Positions 54,258-64,000 of a DNA stretch of 64,000 nucleotides are shown in pieces. Each line of letters starts with the position of its first letter. The stretch's first letter is position 1. The notes under the pieces were generated by a model. It did not search any database and was not told where the DNA came from. It saw only the letters and a program-made list of their open reading frames with translations. Both the position numbers and the translations under genes were made by a program. The stretch is from Octopus vulgaris (lineage: Eukaryota): NCBI GenBank assembly GCA_951406725.2, contig OX597816.1, forward strand, positions 76,198,001 to 76,262,000, in the 5' to 3' direction.

Positions 54258-54343
<86 letters not shown>

Positions 54344-55120
54344 GAATATGTGGGAAAATAGAATGAAGCAGAGGAAAAAATATTAAATTAGTTATATGAT
54401 AACATACTCATTATATTAAAGATATTCCATATCATGTATTTCATCAATGTAATTCAAATATTTGCAGTTAATTCCTATTCTAATGAAACTGGAACTGCAG
54501 GTATTTTCGTTACCTGATAATACAATTTCTTTGTTTCTCGCCACTTATACACAAGCAAATTGATTTATGAAATCTTTGTTTGAATCCATATAAATTCGCG
54601 AAAGTTTGTTTGAGCAAACCATCTGCATTTTACACATTATAAAAGGATCAGTTGAGAGACATTTTTCAAGTATTTACAGCGAACGCTGAGGTAGATTAGA
54701 ATGCCCTGAAACGAGGTGATAGAATCATTTAAAATTACACGGAATAAACATGACATTAGGTAACAATCTTTTTAATCTTTGAGATTACTTCGCCTTTTTG
54801 TCCGAGGTTGCTCGAAATTACCGTTGTGTTAGAATTTATCTTCTCTCGAAGCGGACACAATTTATAAAACGAATTTGCTTGCGTTATATATAGCTTATCG
54901 CCTTTTGTCTTTGCCCTCATATCCATACCACAGGCTCCTCTGAGTTATTTTACTCAGCTCGTCAAACTTTGTCTGGTCTATGTTTCTGTGATGTCTGTTT
55001 ACTTGTTTGTCCGTCTGCCTGTCTGTCTGTAGCTCACTCTCTCTCTCCCTATCTTTCTCTTACACATATACACTGTCCGTGTGTGTATGTGTGTATATAT
55101 ATAATTATATATATATATAT

Positions 55121-55350
55121 AGGCGGCAAGCTGGGAGAATCGTTAGCACGCCGGGCGAAATGCATAGCCGTATTTCGTTTGCCGTTACGTTCTGAGTTCA
55201 AATTCCGCCGAGGTCGACTTTGCCTTTCATCCTTTCGGGGTCGATTAAATAAGTACCAGTTACGCACTGGGGTCGATATAATCGACTTAATCCGTTTGTC
55301 TGTCTTTGTTTGTCCCCTCTGTGTTTAGCCCCTTGTGGGCAATAAAGAAA
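55121..55350 (+). mobile_element. Full-length SINE-D monomer, followed by a SINE-C 3' half (55410-55550)
   Basis: AGGCGGCAAGCTGG...GAGTTCAAATTCC...GCCCCTTGTGGGCAATAAAGAAA. Confidence 0.9.
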
Positions 55351-56098
55351 CATATATATAATTATATATGTATATATATTGGGACGTGTGTGTATATGTT
55401 TATGTGTCTGTGTTTACGTCCCCGTAATTTAGTGGTTCGACAAAAGAGACCCATAGAATAAGTACTAGGATTACACAGAATAAGTCCTGAGGTCGACTAA
55501 AACGGTGCTCCAGCATGACGGCAGTCAAATGACTGAAACAGGTAGAAGAGTATACATATATATATATATATATAAGAGAGGAAAAATTATAAAAATGCAG
55601 AATGCTAAATTGAAAGTAAATTTTAATAAAAATGGGAATATGGAAAATTAAAAAAGAAAAGATAATAAATCAAAACGGTTTTCATCGCAAGGTAAATTTT
55701 CAAGTAGGAGTTATCCAGTTCCTGTCAGTAAGGGGAGACAACTCTGTGGTATTTATGCTCTTTAATTGGAATGTTGGATTTTTGTCAAATAAGATGTCTA
55801 TATTAATTTTTTGTCAGATAGGATGCTTTTGCCTAATGAAGCGAAAAAATGCAGAAACACATACTTCCTGCGATCCAGTGATATCATTCACAGCCCAAAA
55901 TGTACACATATCTCAGAGGAGAGTCTTCTCCTGGTACTATTTTCATAGCGATACGTCTTATGACGTCTATATGCCCTACAACGTGTTGAATATATATGTA
56001 TGTAGAGAGAGAGTGAGAGTAAGTGTACTGCTCCGTGAATGTTAGATCAACAAAAAAGTACTCCATCTGGTGGGAGATAAATATCACTTAATAAACAC

Positions 56099-56228
56099 AG
56101 TATATATTTTTATGGGGTACTAATATTTTCATGCGATGAAAACATCTCAGACTGCATTTTATAACAGGTCTTGTGCCTCAGTTGTTTTCATCGAATGAAA
56201 CTATTAGAAGCTCATAAAAATATATACT
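56099..56228. repeat. Inverted repeat with 46-bp arms and a 38-nt loop
   Basis: 56099-56144 versus the reverse complement of 56183-56228, about 5 mismatches. Confidence 0.85.
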
Positions 56229-56684
56229 ATCTCAAGATCCGGTAATGCGCGGGATGGTGACATGAAGCACCAACAGGGCTCCGACAAAAAATTTAATGTT
56301 GTTCTCATTTCCTCTGCTAAATAGCATGAAAAGGTTTCTATGAAATATTATACACTACTTATAATGCATAAGTAGTGTCAATATTTTATCGTCGGAAAAG
56401 ATAAAACCCAGTGCAATAATTAAGGTCCTCGAATTGGTGTTGACTAAAAAAAATTTCTTCCATATATGTAAGCTGTAGGCAATATTTTTTACGTTAAGCT
56501 TGAAATAGGATCTTGCACACGGTTAACCAAAAGTTTAATCAATTATCTTTTTTTTACTCGCTTACAACCCAGTGTGTTATCCTCGGAGATTTAAAGGTGT
56601 TAATAGTATCTTTTGATAACTATTTTTCCAGCGTGTGGAGAGGCTTATAGCCAATCTCTTGCTATAATTATGTATATAATTATA

Positions 56685-56743
<59 letters not shown>

Positions 56744-57086
56744 CATATACACATACACACACACATATACGCACATTCACACATATGCATATATGTTGTG
56801 TGTGTGTGTGTGTGTGTGTCTGTATATTGGAAGATAGAGAAAGAAAGGGACAGATTAACAGGGCAGAAATTGATAAGCAAAAGATATCCCCAACGAAATA
56901 TCTGAAAAAATATATCAAAATTAGAAATAGAAAATATTGTGATAAAGCAGAAAATAAGAATTTCATATACCATTTAAACACATAAGACCCTCCTGAATTT
57001 CTCTGCATATATATACAAATACATATACCTACAAACATAGATAGATAGATACATACATACATACATACATGCATACACACACACAT

Positions 57087-57122
<36 letters not shown>

Positions 57123-58674
57123 CAGAGCTTACGTAAATGTCTATAAACTGATTACATTCAATTACACGGGTACATAGTCTCCACATAATTTATATAGTTG
57201 CACGATAATTTCTCAAAACTGTTAATAGCGATAGTTATAAAAAATATAACATGTTTTTTAGCAACTATGTTTTGGGGCAACCATGCAGACCGTGTTTGCA
57301 CCGAAAGTTCCGTGTGCATCTAAATATATTTACACAAAAATATAAATGCATACATGTGTGTGTGTTCTTGCGTGCGCTTGTGTATACCTGTATGTAAGTG
57401 TATGTAATCATGTTTGGGTATATGTAAGTATGTATGTATGTATGTATGCATGCATTTATATACGTGTGTCTTTGCGTGTGCGCTTGTGTTTTCTGTAAGT
57501 GTGAAAATAACATATAAGTGATATAAATTGCAAATTGTTATTGGTAGCGTTCAGAAAAAAAAATTGTATAAGGAATTTTTTGCGAAAATTTCTCACAAAA
57601 TTATTATTTATATTCTCATTATCTTCATTAACAGCATATCTTACCAGCATTTATTTTGATAGAAGTTTTGTTATTTTTTAAATATTTTCTAACATTACAT
57701 ATGCACATTCCATAATTTTCAATAACAACAAATTTTCTCTTGGTTATGCACAACAGAAATGTTATGCACAACATCGTTATAGAGAGTAATCGTTAAAATA
57801 TGCTATTCCGTTTATTAACTCTAAACAGATGAAAGACGAAAAGAACATCACATTTCGATTTCAATACTCTTAACATAAATGAACGAAAGTAAAATTTAGA
57901 AAAAAGATATAGTTCAATTCCTTACGCCTCACCAACACAATAACCTGATGTCCTGATAAACATAATGTCGTTAGTTTTTATTGATCTTGACGCTGTTTGA
58001 AGCTCCAGGTCTTCTTAAGATATGACCAAATGGCTCCATTGTCATCCTCGCATTGTTTTCTCTAAGATACTATACCGAAAGCTAGAGCGTCGGATATGCT
58101 TTTCTCCAAAATCAATGAATGAATGGTGGGTCATTTAGCTGCAATATTTAGCAAGTCAAGCGAACAAGATTTGGCTCTTTCGTGTTTACTCGATGATAGC
58201 TTATTTTTCTGTCTCAAGAACAAAGCGGTATATTTGATAAAGTAGCATACGTGTAACGGTTATCAATAACTGACAGGACCTCTTATATTCAGTTCTCCAA
58301 GCATAATTACAGGTAGTTTTCTTCTACATTAGGAATTGGTATTAGTGTTGATATTGTTAACACCCTATCATCAGTGTCGTTACAACATGGAGCGACAAAT
58401 TATCCCTTCTGTACTGTATTTTAGAGTTAAGTGGACTGACATTTTAGAGTTAAGGGACTTCGATCAAGGACGTAGCAATGTGTTGATGTGAGAACAGAAA
58501 ACATGTAGTTCTCGATGATACACGCTGCCTAATATAAACTGAGTACTTAATTAATTGACACAAGTCCAGAATGAAAAGTAGTCGACATCAGTCGATTTTG
58601 TTTTTATAATTTAGTCACTCCACCGCACAAGCGCAACATTTTCCAGTCACCCCTTACGATTCTACAATTCATGG

Positions 58675-58717
<43 letters not shown>

Positions 58718-58734
58718 GCTGCTGCTGCCGCTGC

Positions 58735-58765
<31 letters not shown>

Positions 58766-58969
58766 ACTGCTGCTACTACTACTAATGATAATAATAAAGA
58801 TGATGATGATGGACTCCCCAGTCGAAGACGACATATAAGTGTTCAGCTTTTTCCGAACACCCTGCACAAATCATTTGTTTATAGTGATCCAATGTTCATG
58901 CCGCACATTATCTCACTCACTCCATCAAATCGACGTTATCTGAACAGGCAGGTACCATACGTCAGGTGT

Positions 58970-59078
58970 CAAAGTGATCGCACAGCAACGTGAGATGAAG
59001 TAGTTTGCTCAAGAACACAACGTACCAACCGGTTTAGGAATTGAAACTACAATCTCGTGATAGTGAGTACAGTACCAA
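58970..59078 (-). mobile_element. tRNA-derived SINE head (family B-like)
   Basis: Reverse complement contains GTTTCAATTCC and TGTGTTCTTGAGCAAA. Confidence 0.6.
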
Positions 59079-59244
59079 GCACTGACTTTCATGGCTTCTG
59101 ATTTTAACTGGTGTACCCTTATAAGGCGAGTAGTCATGATGGATATTTTGGGCTTCGTATATTTTTACCCCAGTGTCAATTTGATGGCATGCATTGCTCT
59201 CTTATTCAATAACAACAACAACAATAATAATGGTGAGGATGATG

Positions 59245-59294
<50 letters not shown>

Positions 59295-59295
<1 letters not shown>

Positions 59296-59690
59296 TGCCA
59301 ATACACACAGATAGAGAAATGAAGGCCAATAGGTCCGATATAGTTGTCAGAGATCATGAAGAAAAATGCTTTTTAATTGACGTATCAATACCAACAGATG
59401 ACAACGTTTCTCTAAAGGAAATGGAGAAACTTTCAAAATACAAAGACCTGGAAATAGAGGTAACTTGTATGTGGAATCTAAAAACAGAAACAATTCCTAT
59501 CATAGTAGGCGCATTAGGTATGATAAAAAAATATTTAGACAAATACATAAAAAAACATCGGGACTTACAAGTATATATGACACAGAAAATTGCACTACTG
59601 GGCACTGCATACATCCTACGCAAAACACTTTCAATACAGTAACCATCAGAGTCTCACAACAAATCACAGTACATACTCAAGGCAAACAGA
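59295..59690 (+). mobile_element. R4/Dong-type non-LTR 3' fragment (RLE domain) directly after (TAA)n
   Basis: MPIHTDREMKANRSDIVV...CFLIDVSIP.D...EKLSKYKDL...IPIIVGALG...QKIALLGTAYILRKTL*. Confidence 0.9.
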
Positions 59691-59699
59691 GCTGCGCTC

Positions 59700-61003
59700 G
59701 GTATCTTGGGATCCTGGAGCTGGACAGTGTCTTGCACAGAAAAATGAAAGACGCAGTCATCACTGCATATTTCAAGCGCCTCAAACTTCTCTTAAAATGA
59801 AAACTGAACTAAAAACTGCCATCAACATATGAGCAGTTGCTGTAGTCCGCTATAGTGCACCTATCCTCAAATGGACACGAGCGGAGATTAAGCGATCCGA
59901 TCGCACTACCCGAAAGACAATGACAATGCATGCTACCCTCTACCTTAAGGTGAACATACATTGGCTCTACATGAAGAGGTTTAAAGGTGGATATGGTCTG
60001 AATAGCGTACGGGAGAGCATCAAGAGTGAAAGTAGGAACATGGCAGAATATTTGGTAAAGAAGACCTGCTACAGTATGCTTCTAATGCAGAAGGGTTAAC
60101 CAAAAATGGAATTGAGAGTGCTAATCAATTCCGATCACAACCAACGAGGGAGAAGAAACCTTACTCCGCATAGATTTACATGGTCAATACCTCCGTGAAA
60201 CTAACAACTTAAAAGGCCAGGAAGCATCATGGTGGTGGCTCAGCAAGGACTACCTAAAACAGAAAATTGAATGCCTAAGCATCGCTGCCCAGGATTAGGC
60301 ATTGAATACCAACTCAGTGAAAAGGGATATATACCATATAAGTGCAACAATCCTCTGCAGAATGTGTGGGAAAAGGGTCGAAAGCGTGACTCACATTGTT
60401 AGTGCTTGTGAAAGTCTTGCGCAGAAAGGGTACAAGCAAAGACACGACATGTTATCGTAACAGTTTTACTGGCTACTATGCCGGAAGTATGGATACTAGG
60501 CAACGGATACTTGGTAGCAACATACACCAGAAAAGGTAATAGACAAAGAGGGGAAGGTAAAAATTCTCTGGGACTTTGACTTCCAGACTGACAAGGTGTT
60601 AGAACATCGAAGGCCAGACGTAGTAACCTTTAGGAGGGACGGACAAGAGTGCGTAATAATCGACGTGGCAGTACCAGGAGATAAACATATCATAAGAGAA
60701 AAAGAAACGATTGGTAAATATGGAGGCCTGAGAATTGAGATCGCTAAGATGTGACAGCTACGAGAGTAAAACATAAAGGTTGTCCCTGTTGTCATCGGAG
60801 CATTGGGTTCAATACCACACAACCTGAAGAAACATCTGGAAACTTTAGAAATACTCTACAATCTAGGTGTGTTGTAAAGATCGGTTTACTTGGAACTGCA
60901 CACATATTACGTAAAGTACTGTTTGTCTGAGGTCATTGTTATGACTTGACAGTCAGTACAAATCCCCAGTAGACACAATATCTTCAGTCAACAAGATAAT
61001 GAT
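59700..61003 (+). mobile_element. Second R4/Dong-type element: RT thumb, CCHC knuckle, RLE, 3' UTR (degenerate)
   Basis: YLGILE...KGGYGL...CRMCGKRVESVTHIVSAC...RHD...ILWDFDFQTD..LEHRRPDVV...IIDVAVPGD...VPVVIGALG...HILRKVLFV* (stop at 60930). Confidence 0.92.
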
Positions 61004-61019
61004 ATTGATATTGGATACT

Positions 61020-61290
61020 GTGCGACGAGAGGACTTCAGGAAAGGATAGTGCAACAGCTAAATGGGAGCTATCAGGAAGGCACAGTACCTAGCTGGATGG
61101 CAAAAGAAAAGACATTATGTACCAACGATCCTGAAATGGAAAGTACTGCATCTAACTTTCGACCAGTAACGTGTCTTCCGCTAATGTGGGAACTAATTTC
61201 AGGTGCTTTGGCCGGTGAACTGTATAGATATGTGGCTAGGAACTCTATAATGAAATCCGTCAGAAGGATAATCCCGAGGACAAAGAAATA
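61020..61290 (+). pseudogene. R4/Dong-type RT N-terminal fragment
   Basis: VPSWMAKEKT...ASNFRPVTCLPLMWELISGALAGELYRY. Confidence 0.8.
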
Positions 61291-61330
61291 AAAACCCACA
61301 ATATGGTAGAAGCCATAGCCACTCATAGAC

Positions 61331-61726
61331 TGAGAAGAGAAACTGTGAAAAATTGTAGAAATTAGCGGCCCAGAAGATGTTAAAATTAAGCTGAAGATCA
61401 GTGAAAAAGAGAACACTTATGCTGAACTGTTGAGGAATCTACAGTTACTCTATCCAGATTACAAGTTCAGGTTTATACCTGTAATTATTGGGGCCCTGGG
61501 ATATATAACACACTGCCTAAATACCAATCTTGAGAAATTAGTCTTCTCAAAACCAGAAAGGAGAAAGCTAATTCGAAAACTACAGATCCAATCCATGGAA
61601 CTGTAGAAATCTTTAAAACTTACCAGAAGTTTATCATATTTAAATATATATGAGCGACTATATGTATCAGAATAGATACATAAAACATACAAGTCTGCAC
61701 ATACATACAAACACACATAAATAAAT

Positions 61727-61730
<4 letters not shown>
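61331..61730 (+). mobile_element. Third RLE family, 3' end running into (TACA)n
   Basis: IVEISGPEDVKIKLKISEKENTYAELLRNLQLLYPDYKFRFIPVIIGALG...RKLQIQS. Confidence 0.82.
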
Positions 61731-62330
<600 letters not shown>

Positions 62331-64000
62331 GCAGACAACATGTTATTTCTCCCTATATTTTTGGCTTGCTGAAAATTGCATTTAAAGAGGTAATGCAGAT
62401 ATGTCTTTCGTAGGTTTTAGGTGTAAACAATCAATTTGTTTAGTCTGGTGTTATATAGAATTCTAGAACAAAGGTTTGTATTTCTAGCTTGATTATATTG
62501 CCTACAGTTGTTACTAATCTATTTTCTGTTATATCGGCTTTATGCCATACATTTGCTATTGATTTGATTGAGACCGATGATATATATTTTATTACTTGGA
62601 ACGAAACCATTTTCAGCTTTTGTTAATTCTTTTTCCATCATATACTTGAATCTCTTTTATTTATCAGCCCCTCTCCGATTTAAGCTTAAGTTTTTCTACT
62701 CAACTCTGTTTCGTTGTGTGGCGTATAAATTAGTTAAATATGGCGGTTAGCCAGTTTTCGTTTCATTCAACAGCCAACATTGTAAAGGAGAAATTCTCCA
62801 AAGGAACAACTTTCCTTAATCTGCTTCCATTAGTTTCTTCGGCGCATTCAAATGACGTTTTCATATCAATGTCTGATTTCAAGTGTCATCAAGTCATAAA
62901 CCTGTTGCTAAATGGATAAATCCTGAGAGTAAATCATTGTGTATTATCGTATTAATGCTATATTGTTGTGCAAATGGTCCCAAATTTCATTTCATATAGC
63001 CAATATATTTCCCGTGTCAGTTTAATTCCATACATTTTTTCAACTAAATTAATTCTAACCAACAATAGAATTTTGGACTGACATGTGTTAGAATATGAAA
63101 TCCTGGTGATACATGAGTCTACAGGATTCTACTGAATAAGAATTGGTGTTTATTGTCATCATAATTGTCAGTCGAACTTTGGGTTACGTCAAATCACATA
63201 GTGCTGCTGCTGAGCATATTTAATCATTGAATTTATGGTTCAATCTAGGATTTCTACGTATTTTTAAATAGAATTAAGCTTGTGAAACGCTGAGTCAACA
63301 GATCAGCGTCTAATCAACTAAGAGACCAGACCGGTGGTTCGTATTTTATTACGAGTACATAACCCTAGCGACAAAACATTTAACCCGAATATGGTCCTGT
63401 TCCTCTAATGGTAAATAGATAGCGTAGGTGTGGGTTGACTCTGATTCTAGCAACATGTCATTATCTTCCTGGAATAATCCCTTGCTTCAGCTGCAAACCT
63501 GCATCGTGAACATGACCCAAATTTAATACATTGACATATTGCCAAGCGACGCCAGCGACAAATTATATTGGATACGTTTCAGCGTACTTTTGCGTCTAGA
63601 GTATCACAAAAGAAAAAAAGGACACACACGCACATGATAAACTTATTACGTGTCATTGGCTTGAAGTCATTTCTTTGAAATTCTAACAATTCTAAAGAAA
63701 ACAATGTCGTGTATTAGAAGTGATTCAACTTTCATATATTTCAAAGAGTGCAAATATATTTCCGTTGAAGAGAACATCAATCAGTCTCAAGAGTCTCTAT
63801 AAAATATCGATACATCCTTAGAATTATGACAGTAAAACAATTTACACTCTCTTCTGCCAGTATTGAACTGAAGTACATCATGGAAAGATTAAAGTGCCAA
63901 CGTCCTTGCTTATTATTTTCCCTCTTTCACCGCACTCCCGGTACGTATAACCTAGTGAATTCCTCTTACTTCGTTACTATATACTTCCTTCTTTATCGTT

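Noticed and set aside
55570-56000. Possible PLE endonuclease and ribozyme relic on the minus strand
   Set aside because: Only GAAAACCGUUU and vague peptide similarity; insufficient
58604-58867. Poly-Ser ORF and a single CAGGGTGTTCGGAAA Tc1/mariner-like end
   Set aside because: ORF is a (CTA)/(CTG) repeat; no partner TIR found
62760-63500. Tc1/mariner transposase relic (LFQEDN, YSQDL on the minus strand)
   Set aside because: Motif spacing is too long and the similarity could be chance; needs a profile HMM search

Overview
AT-rich eukaryotic non-coding DNA saturated with microsatellites ((TA)n, (CA)n, (TACA)n, (TATC)n, (TAA)n) and retroelements. The SINE, LINE and microsatellite landscape suggests an octopus or other coleoid cephalopod (inference). 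No host protein-coding exon could be supported; almost all ORFs in the track are microsatellite artefacts. Recognisable content: two 5'-truncated CR1-type LINEs (34783-37600 +, one premature stop; 15341-17262 -, frameshifted), several R4/Dong-type RLE non-LTR fragments, Penelope-like element (PLE) RT and GIY-YIG fragments, at least four tRNA-derived SINE families (including a 7-monomer array with a 563-bp higher-order repeat), a non-autonomous Helitron, a long-TIR MITE and an 859-bp tandem duplication. The most striking signal is about a dozen minimal type I hammerhead-ribozyme motifs (CUGANGA-like core, stem II, GAA, palindromic stem III, NUH), several only partial, from several unrelated families. 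Most lie in short elements next to (TA)n, often with fold-back inverted ends. They include a family with a fixed non-canonical core (CUGUNGAA) and a 330-nt retrozyme-like tandem unit. All alignments and folds were done by eye; coordinates of degenerate elements are approximate.
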